NCBI GenBank assembly: GCA_963783305.1
Contig: CAWAMW010000016.1
Coordinates: 448,001-512,000 of the forward strand
Source: an uncultured Gemmatimonadales bacterium
GTDB lineage: Bacteria > Gemmatimonadota > Gemmatimonadetes > Longimicrobiales > RSA9
Reading direction: 5' to 3'
Length of the DNA: 64,000 nucleotides
Both the position numbers and the translations under genes were made by a program. The notes below the pieces were generated by a model. It saw only the letters and a program-made list of their open reading frames with translations. It was not told the origin of the DNA and did not search any database. This document shows positions 1 to 9,204 of the stretch, one piece after another; position 1 is the first letter of the stretch, and each line of letters begins with the position of its first letter.

Positions 1-279
1 CCAGTGCTGCTCATGCGTCTCAAGGTCATGGACCTGCCGCAGGATGCCACGGACACCCAGCTCGCGCCCCTTTTCCGCAAGCTGCTGGAGCTGAACGCCA
101 GCGATCTGGTTCACGGCAGCTACGGGATCGAGGAGGGGGACGTTGCACTGAGCGATGCGCTGGAGCTCGAGACTCTCGATTTCCAGGAGCTTCGGGCATC
201 GTGGGAAAGCATCGTCTTCGCGGGTTCCAGCCATATGAAGGACCTGGTGGAGCTGGTTCCGGTCGCACACAAAGGCTGA
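1..279 (+). CDS. CesT/YbjN-like chaperone-fold protein (5' truncated by window edge)
   Basis: Open from the window start; LFRKLLELNASDLVHGSYGIE resembles YbjN/CesT-type proteins; ends 9 bp before pspA. Confidence 0.55.
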   Translation, partial: PVLLMRLKVMDLPQDATDTQLAPLFRKLLELNASDLVHGSYGIEEGDVALSDALELETLDFQELRASWESIVFAGSSHMKDLVELVPVAHKG

Positions 280-288
280 CGGGGTAAC

Positions 289-1056
289 ATGGGGATCTTT
301 CAGAAGCTGTCATTGTTGCTGCGTTCGAATATCAACGACGCCATCGCCCGCGCCGAGAACCCGGAGAAGGTTCTCAACCAGCTGATCACGGACATGCGTG
401 AGCAGCTCAGCAAAGCGAAGCAGGAGGTGGCCGTCGCGATTGCGGACGAGCAGAAGCTCCGCTCGCAGGTGGAGGAGGAGCTCCGTCAGTCGGGGGAGTG
501 GGAGAAGCGCGCGATGCTCGCGGTGAAGGAGGGCCGCGACGACCTGGCGAAGCAGGCGCTGGTGCGTCAGCAGGAGCACGGGGACCGGGCCAGGGTCCTC
601 GACGACACCTGGCGGAAGCAGTCGCAGGAGACGGAAAAGGTGAAGGCGAGCCTCCGCGAGCTGAACGACAAGATCGAGGAAGCCAAGCGGAAGAAGAACC
701 TGCTGGTCGCCAAGCAGAAGCGGGCGCAGGCGCAGCGGCGGATCCACGAGACCATGTCCGGGCTGTCCGACCGCTCCGCCTTCGAGGCGTTTGAGCGAGT
801 GGCCGACAAGATCGAGGACAGCGAGCGAAAGGCGCTGGCGTCGGCCGAGGTCACGGAGGCGCTCACGGGCGACACGCTGGAGACGCAGTTCAAGCAGCTG
901 GAGGGCGGCGGCGACGACGTGGATCGGCGGCTGGCCGCGCTCAAGAAGGAGATGGGGCTGCCCAGTGGCAACAGCACGCCAGCGCTCACCAGCGGTGCGG
1001 CCCGGGCCGACGAGGAAGACGGAGAGGTCCACGAAGCACAGATCGAGGAGGAATGA
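289..1056 (+). CDS. pspA: PspA/IM30 family protein
   Basis: MGIFQKLSLLLRSNIN...AENPEKVLNQLITDM N-terminus, long coiled coil, AFERVADKI motif. Confidence 0.93.
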   Translation: MGIFQKLSLLLRSNINDAIARAENPEKVLNQLITDMREQLSKAKQEVAVAIADEQKLRSQVEEELRQSGEWEKRAMLAVKEGRDDLAKQALVRQQEHGDRARVLDDTWRKQSQETEKVKASLRELNDKIEEAKRKKNLLVAKQKRAQAQRRIHETMSGLSDRSAFEAFERVADKIEDSERKALASAEVTEALTGDTLETQFKQLEGGGDDVDRRLAALKKEMGLPSGNSTPALTSGAARADEEDGEVHEAQIEEE

Positions 1057-1679
1057 ACGCCGCTCGCTCTCCTGAAGAGCTGGCGAACGTCGTCACCCAT
1101 GGAGTCGGTGCCGTCGCGAGCCTCCTGGCCGCGGCCGCTCTTGTCGTGTATGCCTCCCTCCATGGCGACGTCTGGGAGATCGTGGGCGTCTCGATCTTCG
1201 TCACGACCCTCGTGGCGCTCTATACCGCGTCCACGCTCTACCACGCAGCGCGGGCGCCGCGGCTTCGGGCCCGGCTCAAGGTCCTGGACCACGCGGCCAT
1301 CTATCTGCTCATCGCCGGCTCCTACACGCCCTTCCTGATCGGCGCGCTCCGGGGCGGCTGGGGCTGGAGCCTCATGGGCGTCATCTGGGGTCTGGCGGTG
1401 GCGGGGATCGGTCTCAAGCTGGTCTTCATCGGCCGCTTCAAGCTCCTCTCCACGCTCGTGTACGTGGGTATGGGCTGGCTGATCCTCGTGGCCATCGTGC
1501 CCATCACCCGCGCCCTGGAGCCGCTCACGCTCGCATGGCTCCTGGCCGGCGGAGTGGCATACACGGCCGGCACACCGTTCTATCACAACGAGCGGCTCCG
1601 CTTCTCGCACGCCGTGTGGCACCTGTTCGTGATCGCCGGCAGCGTCTGCCACGCCGTCGCCGTGGCGACCCTGATTTGA
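1053..1679 (+). CDS. Hemolysin III / PAQR family membrane protein
   Basis: EELANVVTH, STLYH, LDHAAIYLLIAGSYTP and HAVWHLFV motifs; about 7 TM segments; ATGA overlap with pspA. Confidence 0.92.
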   Translation: MNAARSPEELANVVTHGVGAVASLLAAAALVVYASLHGDVWEIVGVSIFVTTLVALYTASTLYHAARAPRLRARLKVLDHAAIYLLIAGSYTPFLIGALRGGWGWSLMGVIWGLAVAGIGLKLVFIGRFKLLSTLVYVGMGWLILVAIVPITRALEPLTLAWLLAGGVAYTAGTPFYHNERLRFSHAVWHLFVIAGSVCHAVAVATLI

Positions 1680-2845
1680 TGGCCGCGAACGCCGTGGACC
1701 GGAAGGGATTCGGAGCGGTGGCGAGCACGGTGTTCGTCCTCCTCCTCCTGCTGTTCATCTACAGCATCGCGGAGATCCTGCTCCTGCTGTTCATTGCCGT
1801 GCTCTTCTCGCTCTACCTGGGCGCGATCACGGATACGCTCCAGCGGCGGTTCGCCGTGCCGCGTCCGCTCGGGTTGCTCCTCGCCATACTCATCACGACC
1901 GCGGCCGTAGTGGGGATCGGCTACCTCATGGTGCCGCCGGTGACCGAGCAGACGTCGGAGCTGGTTACGCAGCTGCCCGACCAGCTCGAGCGCCTGGAAG
2001 ACGATCTCATCGACCTGGCGGAGGAGTCGCCGATGATGGCGAACTTCTTCGGTCAGATCGAGGAGGGGGAGAGCTACGTCGGGAACATTGCCGCCGAGGT
2101 CGGTGGCTATTTCCGCGGTGTGATCCCCTACATCTTCAGCGGGATGACGTTCTTCATCCACTTCGTTTCGGTGCTCGTCATGGGCATCTACATGACGCTG
2201 CGGCCGTCCATGTACCGGGAAGGCCTGATCGCGCTGGCGCCGCCCGTCCACCGGGAACTGGTGCGGGACATCCTCACGGACCTGGCCGTAACGCTGCGGG
2301 CGTGGATCGTCGGGCAGCTCCTGGCCATGTTCTCCCTCGGGGTGCTCACATGGGTGGGGCTCATCCTGCTCGGCGTGCCGTACGCCCTGGCATTCGGCGT
2401 CCTCACGGGGCTCGTCGCCATCGTGCCCTTCTTCGGTACGCTGGTCTCGACGCTTCTCCCGGCCATCTTCGTGCTCGGGCAGGGCTTCGCCGTAAAGGCG
2501 ATCCTGGTGGCGTTGCTGGGGGTGGTGGTGCACCTGGTGGAGGCGAACTTCATCGCCCCCATGATCATGGAGCGACAGGTCTCGCTCCCGCCGGTCCTGA
2601 CGCTCCTGAGCGTCCTCGTCATGGCCCACCTCATGGAGGTGATCGGGCTGCTCGTGGCGGTGCCGGTGCTCGCGTCGACGCTCGTGCTGGTCCGGCGGAT
2701 CTATATCCACCGGGTCCTGGAAGGGAAGGGGTTCCGGAAAGCGGTGCGCGATCAACCGATCGAGCTGCGGATCCCCGAGGATGCCCACGTCCTCATCCAC
2801 CCTTCCGCCCGCGACCGCAGCATCCCGTCCATGCTCGAGGGCTGA
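1679..2845 (+). CDS. AI-2E (PerM) family transporter
   Basis: Start moved to the ATG in the TGATG overlap; multi-TM; IVPFFG and EANFIAPMIM...LPP motifs. Confidence 0.88.
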   Translation: MAANAVDRKGFGAVASTVFVLLLLLFIYSIAEILLLLFIAVLFSLYLGAITDTLQRRFAVPRPLGLLLAILITTAAVVGIGYLMVPPVTEQTSELVTQLPDQLERLEDDLIDLAEESPMMANFFGQIEEGESYVGNIAAEVGGYFRGVIPYIFSGMTFFIHFVSVLVMGIYMTLRPSMYREGLIALAPPVHRELVRDILTDLAVTLRAWIVGQLLAMFSLGVLTWVGLILLGVPYALAFGVLTGLVAIVPFFGTLVSTLLPAIFVLGQGFAVKAILVALLGVVVHLVEANFIAPMIMERQVSLPPVLTLLSVLVMAHLMEVIGLLVAVPVLASTLVLVRRIYIHRVLEGKGFRKAVRDQPIELRIPEDAHVLIHPSARDRSIPSMLEG

Positions 2846-2854
2846 GCCGCCGCC

Positions 2855-4177
2855 CTACCGATACAGCAGGTAGGGCCGCCGGGCCGCTTCGAAGGCGCGG
2901 CTCTCTTCATTCCATCCTGCCGTCACCTCGGGGAGCTCCGCGCCGGCGATGATGCTCTGCCGGACACGATCGGTCCCCGCCAGCCGGTCGAAATGGGAGA
3001 CGTACCATTCCACGAGATCCGGGTGCGCCCGGTGGATCTCGATCAGCGCGGCGATGGCGGCGACCGTCGGGTCGTAGCGGTCCCGGTCCGTGGCGATGAA
3101 CCGGATCCCCGGCACCTCCATGCCGCCGAACTTGCGGTCCCCCGGCGACTCGGGGACGAAGGCCACCGGCTCGAATCGGACGCCCTCCAGCCCGGCCGCG
3201 TTCAGCCGCGCGGCCACGGCCGCCGCGTCCAGCCACGGTGCGCCGATCTGCTGGAACGCCCGGTCCGTGCCCCGACCGACGGACAGGTTGGTGCCCTCGA
3301 AGAGGCAGGTGCCGGGGTAATGAGTCGCGCTCTCCAGCGACGGCATGTTGGGCGATGGCGGCACCCACGGCAGCCCCGTCTCGTCGTACCACTCGGCGCG
3401 CTCCCATCCTTTTATGGCGGCCACGCGCAGATCCACGTCCACGCCAAAGTGGCCCACGAGCATCCGCGCCAACTCACCCGCGGTGAGCCCGTGCCGCATC
3501 GGCACAGGGTAGAGCCCCACGAACGTCGAATACTCGGGCTCGAGCGCGTTCCCCTGCACCAGCGCTCCGCTGAGAGGATTGGGACGGTCCAGCACGAGAA
3601 ATCGTACGCCCGCCTCTCCCGCCGCCTCCATCGCCAGCGCCATGGTCCAGACGTACGTGTAGTAGCGGGCGCCAATGTCCTGAATGTCGAAGGCCAGCAC
3701 GTCGATCCCGTCCAGCATCGCGGCCGTGGGTCTGCGGGTATCACCGTAGAGCGAATGGATGGGGAGCCCCGTCCGCGGGTCCACCTCGTCGCCCACCGTC
3801 TCCCCGGCATCGGCGCTCCCACGGATCCCGTGCTCCGGGCTGAACAGCGCCACGAGATCGAGCGCATCGCTGCCCGCGAGTCGATCGATGGTGCTCACGG
3901 TCGCGCCGTCTGACCACGACAATCCAGTATGGTTCGTGATCAGGCCCACCCGTCGCCCCCGCACCAGGTGCAGGCTGTCGCTCAACAGGACGTCGATGCC
4001 GAGGGTGACGGGAGCGTTCTCCCGCGGGGCCGGCGCTCCGCCCCCGGCGTTCACGGCCTCACCGGCGGCCTCCGCTTCGCCGGGGCCCTCCGCCCCCGAC
4101 CCGCTGGCGCAGCCGGACAGCGCGAGCGACAGCGGGATGAACGCCGCGGCCACCAGCGTTCCGGTGTTCCGGCCCAC
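2855..4177 (-). CDS. namZ: Exo-beta-N-acetylmuramidase NamZ (DUF1343), lipoprotein
   Basis: GLITNHTG, LFSPEHG, FDIQDIGARYYTY, DRPNP, PMRHGLT, PSPNMP; lipobox LSGC; start is uncertain (GTG 4177 or ATG 4231). Confidence 0.88.
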   Translation of the reverse strand: MGRNTGTLVAAAFIPLSLALSGCASGSGAEGPGEAEAAGEAVNAGGGAPAPRENAPVTLGIDVLLSDSLHLVRGRRVGLITNHTGLSWSDGATVSTIDRLAGSDALDLVALFSPEHGIRGSADAGETVGDEVDPRTGLPIHSLYGDTRRPTAAMLDGIDVLAFDIQDIGARYYTYVWTMALAMEAAGEAGVRFLVLDRPNPLSGALVQGNALEPEYSTFVGLYPVPMRHGLTAGELARMLVGHFGVDVDLRVAAIKGWERAEWYDETGLPWVPPSPNMPSLESATHYPGTCLFEGTNLSVGRGTDRAFQQIGAPWLDAAAVAARLNAAGLEGVRFEPVAFVPESPGDRKFGGMEVPGIRFIATDRDRYDPTVAAIAALIEIHRAHPDLVEWYVSHFDRLAGTDRVRQSIIAGAELPEVTAGWNEESRAFEAARRPYLLYR

Positions 4178-4241
4178 CGACCGGCGCCTCCGCTTCCGAT
4201 CGAACTCGCCGTTGGATAGTATAGGCTTCATGTCTCTTTCA

Positions 4242-7238
4242 ATGCGGTTTCCCGTGATTGTCATGGCCGTCGTCGCGGCCTCGTGTGTGGCGCCCCGGCC
4301 GCCAGCTCCGTCGGCGCCATCGAACACGGCGCCATCGAACACGGCGCCAACGGATACGGCGCCAGTCGCGGTGGTCGTCCCGGCCTCCGCCGCGGCGGAG
4401 GCCGTCCCCGTCGCTCGCGGGCTCCTCCCCATCGACCGTGAGGCACGGCGCTGGGTGGACTCGACCCTGGCGACCCTGGATACCCGTGAGCGTGCCGCCC
4501 AGCTGGTCATGCCCTGGATGTGGGGGCGGTACGTTCCCGAGGGCGACGAGGCCTGGGGGCGGCTCCGCTCCTGGGTCGAGGCCGGCGTGGGCGGGATCAT
4601 CACCTCCATCGGTCCTCCGCTGGCGCTCGCCGACAAGCTGAACCGGCTCCAGCGCATGGCCTCCGTGCCGCTCCTCTTCTCCGTGGACATGGAGCACGGG
4701 CCCGGCCAGCGGTTGTCGTCTGGCGTGCTCCTCCCCTACGGCCTCGATATGGGCAGCGGCACCGAGTTCCCTCCTGCCATGGCGTTCGGCGCCGCCGGCG
4801 AAACGGAGCTGGCGTACGAGCTCGGTCGCATTACCGCCGTGGAAGCCAGGGCCGTGGGCATCCACATGGATTTCGCACCCGTGGTCGATGTCAACAACAA
4901 CCCGGCCAACCCCATCATAAACGTACGGAGCTACGGGGGCGACCCGGATGCGGTGGCGCGCCTCGCGGTGGCACAGCTGAAGGGCCTTCAGGACCACGGC
5001 ATGCTCGCGACGGCCAAGCACTTCCCGGGGCACGGCGACGTCGAGTACGACACGCATCTCGTCCCGCTGATCCTCCGCATCAATGCCGCGCGCGCCGACA
5101 GTGTCGAGCTGGTGCCGTACCGCGCGGCCATCCGGGCGGGGGTCGCCGGCGTGATGAGCGCCCACATCGCCTTCCCGGCGCTCTCGGGCGACTCCATCCT
5201 CCCGGCCACGCTGTCGCCGCGCATGCTGGACTCGCTGCTGGTGCGGGAGCTCGGGTTCGACGGGCTCGTGGTCACCGACGCCCTCGACATGGGGGCCATC
5301 GTGCGCCGGTTCGGCGCTGGAGAATCCGCCGTTCTGGCGCTGGTCGCCGGGGCCGACATCCTCCTCCAGCCCGTGGACCCGATCGTAACGGTGGACGCCG
5401 TCGTAGCCGCGGTGCAGGAGGGCCGGATCACGCCGGCTCGCTTGGAGCGCTCGGTTCGAAAGGTCCTGGCGGCGAAGGCGCGGGTCGGGCTCCACCGGCG
5501 GCGGACGGTCGACCTCGACCGCATCGCACAGGTGGTCGGCGCGCCCGAGCACCGCGTCGTCGCCGCACGCGCCGCGGAGCGCTCCATCACGCTCGTCCGC
5601 GACCATGACGGGCTCGTGCCACTGAGCTCGCCGTGGGTGGCCCCGGTGCTGATGGTGAGCTACACCGACCACATGAGTCCCTTCGAGGGGCGGACCCTCG
5701 CCCGAGCCCTGAGGGCAGCGGGCGTGAGCGTCGACCACATGACCCTCGGTCCGGACCTACCGCACCGCAACCTCCTCGACTCGCTTGCCACCCGCGCCGA
5801 CCGCGCCGCCCTCGTCATTGTGGCGGCGAACGCCCGCGTCCGGGGCGACCGGTCCGCGGCCCTCGACTCGGTTTCGGCGGCGGCACTCCGCACGGTGATC
5901 GCGGCCCGCCCCACGATCGTCGTTTCCCTGGGCAGCCCCTACCTGCTGCAGGAGCTGCCGGAGGCAGGCACCTACCTGCTCGGCTGGGCTGCGGGCGATG
6001 TGAGTCAGACGGCCGTGGCCCGGGCGCTCCTTGGAGACGCTCCCATAACCGGGACCCTCCCCACCGCCATTCCGCCGTTCCACAGTCGCGGGGACGGAAT
6101 CCGCGTGGAGCCGTCCGGGCTCGATCCCGCCGCCCTCGATTCCATCGGTGCGGTCATCCGGGCGGCCATCGACTCGGGGGTAACGCCGGGCGCGGTCGTG
6201 GCCGTGGGACGATCGCGGGGGCCCGCGTGGGTGCGTGCGCTCGGTCGCACCGACTGGGCGCCGGGCGCTCCCGCGGTCACTGATTCCACGATCTACGACC
6301 TTGCCTCGCTCACGAAGGTGGTGGCGACCACCACCGCGGTCATGACGCTCGTGGATGAAGGTCGCATCGAGCTGGACGCCCCCCTCTCCCGCTATCTGCC
6401 GGAGTGGCCCATCGGCGGATGGCGCGACGAGGTCACCATCCGGCGGCTCCTCACGCACACCGCGGGACTGTCCGCTTTCGCACCCTTCTGGCACCCCGCC
6501 CAGGGCGCGCTACGCGGGCGCGACGCCATCCTGGCGGCCATCGTGGACCGGGAGCCGGATTCTACCCCCGGCTCCCGCTACGTGTACAGCGACCTCGGCG
6601 CCATCCTCCTCGGGGCTGCCGCCGAGGAGGTGGCGGGGGCGCCGCTGGACGCATACCTCCGCGCTGCGCTCTTCGACCGTCTGGGAATGGACGACACCGG
6701 CTTCAACCCCGCGGCGCCACTGGACCGTATCGCGCCTACGGAAGTGGATACGATCTTCCGGCACACCCATGTCCACGGCGTGGTCCACGATGAGAACGCC
6801 TTTGCCATGGGCGGTGTGGCCGGCCACGCCGGCCTCTTCTCCACCGCCCCGGACCTCGCCCGGTTCGCCCGGATGCTCCTCCGCGCCCATCGCAGTGGCG
6901 GGGACCCGGCGAAAGAGGCGGATGCCGCCGGCGTGGGAGCCGTGGTGTCCGCGGGGATCATCCGGGAGTTCACACGGCAGCAGCCGGGGTGGGACCGGGG
7001 GCTGGGATGGGATGTTCGTGCCGGCACGAGGATCGCAGAGTCGTTTTCGCCGGCCGCATTTGGCCACACCGGGTTCACCGGGACGAGTCTGTGGATCGAT
7101 CCCGGAAACGACCTGTACATCGTGCTGCTGACGAACCGGGTGAACCCCACCCGTGCCGGGAGCGGGATTGGCGCGTTGCGGGAGGCCGTGCACGAGCTCG
7201 CGGTGCGTGCAGCCGGGACGGGAGGGGGGGCGCGCTGA
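4242..7238 (+). CDS. nagZ: GH3 beta-N-acetylglucosaminidase fused to a beta-lactamase-fold serine hydrolase (AmiE-like), lipoprotein
   Basis: KHFPGHGDVEYDTH and VTDALDM GH3 motifs; C-terminal domain with SLTK (SxxK), YSD and GHTGFTG; lipobox AASC. Confidence 0.85.
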   Translation: MRFPVIVMAVVAASCVAPRPPAPSAPSNTAPSNTAPTDTAPVAVVVPASAAAEAVPVARGLLPIDREARRWVDSTLATLDTRERAAQLVMPWMWGRYVPEGDEAWGRLRSWVEAGVGGIITSIGPPLALADKLNRLQRMASVPLLFSVDMEHGPGQRLSSGVLLPYGLDMGSGTEFPPAMAFGAAGETELAYELGRITAVEARAVGIHMDFAPVVDVNNNPANPIINVRSYGGDPDAVARLAVAQLKGLQDHGMLATAKHFPGHGDVEYDTHLVPLILRINAARADSVELVPYRAAIRAGVAGVMSAHIAFPALSGDSILPATLSPRMLDSLLVRELGFDGLVVTDALDMGAIVRRFGAGESAVLALVAGADILLQPVDPIVTVDAVVAAVQEGRITPARLERSVRKVLAAKARVGLHRRRTVDLDRIAQVVGAPEHRVVAARAAERSITLVRDHDGLVPLSSPWVAPVLMVSYTDHMSPFEGRTLARALRAAGVSVDHMTLGPDLPHRNLLDSLATRADRAALVIVAANARVRGDRSAALDSVSAAALRTVIAARPTIVVSLGSPYLLQELPEAGTYLLGWAAGDVSQTAVARALLGDAPITGTLPTAIPPFHSRGDGIRVEPSGLDPAALDSIGAVIRAAIDSGVTPGAVVAVGRSRGPAWVRALGRTDWAPGAPAVTDSTIYDLASLTKVVATTTAVMTLVDEGRIELDAPLSRYLPEWPIGGWRDEVTIRRLLTHTAGLSAFAPFWHPAQGALRGRDAILAAIVDREPDSTPGSRYVYSDLGAILLGAAAEEVAGAPLDAYLRAALFDRLGMDDTGFNPAAPLDRIAPTEVDTIFRHTHVHGVVHDENAFAMGGVAGHAGLFSTAPDLARFARMLLRAHRSGGDPAKEADAAGVGAVVSAGIIREFTRQQPGWDRGLGWDVRAGTRIAESFSPAAFGHTGFTGTSLWIDPGNDLYIVLLTNRVNPTRAGSGIGALREAVHELAVRAAGTGGGAR
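4312..4364 (+). repeat. 15-bp in-frame tandem repeat (APSNT/APTDT) in the lipoprotein tether
   Basis: CGGCGCCATCGAACA-like unit, about 3.5 copies. Confidence 0.8.
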
Positions 7239-7293
7239 GGGAGCAGGCGCTGTACGTTGGCGCAGCAACGCATCGTCATACATGAGGAAGGGC

Positions 7294-9186
7294 ATGCAAC
7301 ACACCGAGCACGTCAATGTCGTCATTGCACGGGACCACGAGGAGATCGCGCGCCGCGTCGCGGACCGGATCGAGAACCTGATACGGGAACGGCAGGCCTC
7401 GGGGGAGACCGCGGTCCTCGGGCTTGCCACCGGCTCCACACCGATCGGCGTGTACAAGGAGCTCATCCGTCGTCATCGCAATGAAGGGCTCAGCTTCCGG
7501 AACGTGATCACGTTCAACCTGGACGAGTACTTCCCCATGAACCCGGGCAGCATCCACAGCTACCACCGGTTCATGCACGAGAACCTCTTCGACGCCATCG
7601 ACATCCCGGACGAGAACGTCCACATCCCGCGTGGGGACCTTCCGCGGCGGGACGTGGAGCGTCACGCGCAGGATTACGAGTCCGCGATTCGGGCCGTGAA
7701 CGGGATCGACCTGCAGCTCCTGGGCATCGGGAAGACGGGGCACGTGGGGTTCAACGAGCCGGGAAGCGGTCGCGAAAGCCGCACGCGCCTGATCCATCTG
7801 GATACGGTCACCCGGAAGGATGCCGCCGCGGACTTCTTCGGTGAGGAGAACGTGCCGAAAGAGGCCATCACCATGGGCGTGGCCACCATCATGGAGGCCC
7901 AGGAGGTGATCCTGATCGCCACGGGTGAGCACAAGGCGCCCATCGTGCGTCGGGCCGTGGAGGGCGAGATCTCACCGGACGTGGCCGCGACGTTCCTCCA
8001 GGAGCACCCGGATGCCACGTTCTTCATCGATCTGGCGGCGGCCGGCGCCCTCACGCGTATCGAGACGCCGTGGCTGGTCCGACCGGTGGAGTGGGACGAT
8101 GCGCTGGCGGAGCGAGCGGTCGTATGGCTGTCGAAGCAGAGGCAGACGGCCATCCTGCGGCTGAGCGAGGGCGATTATCGGGAGGCGCACCTCGCGTCAC
8201 TGCTGGCCCAGCACAACTCGGCCGACCTGCTGAACACCGCCGTTTTCTCCCGCATCGAGTCGAAGGTCCGGGACAACCCGCGCCTCCCGCTCAAGCAGAA
8301 CGTGATCGTCTTCAGCCCCCACCCGGATGACGACGTCATCTCCATGGGCGGCATGCTGCGGAAGCTGCGGGAGAACGACAACAACGTGGTCGTGGCGTAC
8401 ATGACATCGGGGAACATCGCGGTCTTCGACCACGAAGTCCGTCGCTATCTCGATTTCGTTCGGCGCTTCGAGGCGGAAGTGCGGATGCGGTCGGTGGGCG
8501 ACGGCGCCCCCGAGGAGAGCGCCCCGACACCGGGGCTGGCGGCGCTGGACGCGCTGATCACCCGGATCGACATGGCGCTCACACAGAAGGAGCCGGGCGA
8601 GATCGACATCCAGGAGGTCCAGGACATCAAGCGCCATATCCGCGAGACGGAAGCGATCGCGGGCGTCCAGTCGCTGGGCTACGACCGATCGGTGTGCCGT
8701 TTCCTCGACCTGCCCTTCTACCAGACGGGGACCGTCAAGAAGAACGAAGTGGGACCCGAGGACGTGCGGATCGTTCGCGAGCTGATGGCGGAGGTGGACC
8801 CGGACGTGATCTACGTCGCGGGCGACCTGAGCGACCCTCACGGGACTCACCGCCAGTGCAAGGAGGCCATCGACAGGGCGCTCAAGGAGTACCAGGGTGG
8901 GCGCCCCGAGGTCTGGCTCTACCGGGGTGCGTGGCAGGAGTGGGCCGTGCATGAGGCCGATGTCTTCGTCCCGCTCAGCCGCGAGGACCTGCGGCGGAAG
9001 ATCTTCGCCATCTTCAAGCACCAGTCGCAGAAGGACACCGCGCCCTTCCCGGGCGGGCACGACGATCGGGAGTTCTGGCAGCGCGTGGAGGACCGGAACC
9101 GGAGCACGGCCAACGAGCTGGACCGCCTGGGGCTCCCCGAGTTCCATGCCGCGGAAGCATTCGTGGTACGAAACGGGGAACGCTAG
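7294..9186 (+). CDS. nagB: Glucosamine-6-phosphate deaminase fused to a PIG-L deacetylase-like domain
   Basis: GLATGSTP, FNLDEY, LGIGKTGHVGFNEPGS; C-terminal PHPDDD and DPHGTH; RBS GAGGAAG before ATG 7294. Confidence 0.9.
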   Translation: MQHTEHVNVVIARDHEEIARRVADRIENLIRERQASGETAVLGLATGSTPIGVYKELIRRHRNEGLSFRNVITFNLDEYFPMNPGSIHSYHRFMHENLFDAIDIPDENVHIPRGDLPRRDVERHAQDYESAIRAVNGIDLQLLGIGKTGHVGFNEPGSGRESRTRLIHLDTVTRKDAAADFFGEENVPKEAITMGVATIMEAQEVILIATGEHKAPIVRRAVEGEISPDVAATFLQEHPDATFFIDLAAAGALTRIETPWLVRPVEWDDALAERAVVWLSKQRQTAILRLSEGDYREAHLASLLAQHNSADLLNTAVFSRIESKVRDNPRLPLKQNVIVFSPHPDDDVISMGGMLRKLRENDNNVVVAYMTSGNIAVFDHEVRRYLDFVRRFEAEVRMRSVGDGAPEESAPTPGLAALDALITRIDMALTQKEPGEIDIQEVQDIKRHIRETEAIAGVQSLGYDRSVCRFLDLPFYQTGTVKKNEVGPEDVRIVRELMAEVDPDVIYVAGDLSDPHGTHRQCKEAIDRALKEYQGGRPEVWLYRGAWQEWAVHEADVFVPLSREDLRRKIFAIFKHQSQKDTAPFPGGHDDREFWQRVEDRNRSTANELDRLGLPEFHAAEAFVVRNGER

Positions 9187-9204
9187 GCACCCGCTGCCGC
9201 GCCC

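Noticed and set aside
1053..1679. Haemolysin virulence factor
   Set aside because: The HlyIII/PAQR family is a widespread membrane-homeostasis family; the name is historical
6100..7238. Beta-lactamase resistance gene
   Set aside because: The domain is fused to GH3 in a peptidoglycan-salvage cluster; an AmiE-like hydrolase is more parsimonious
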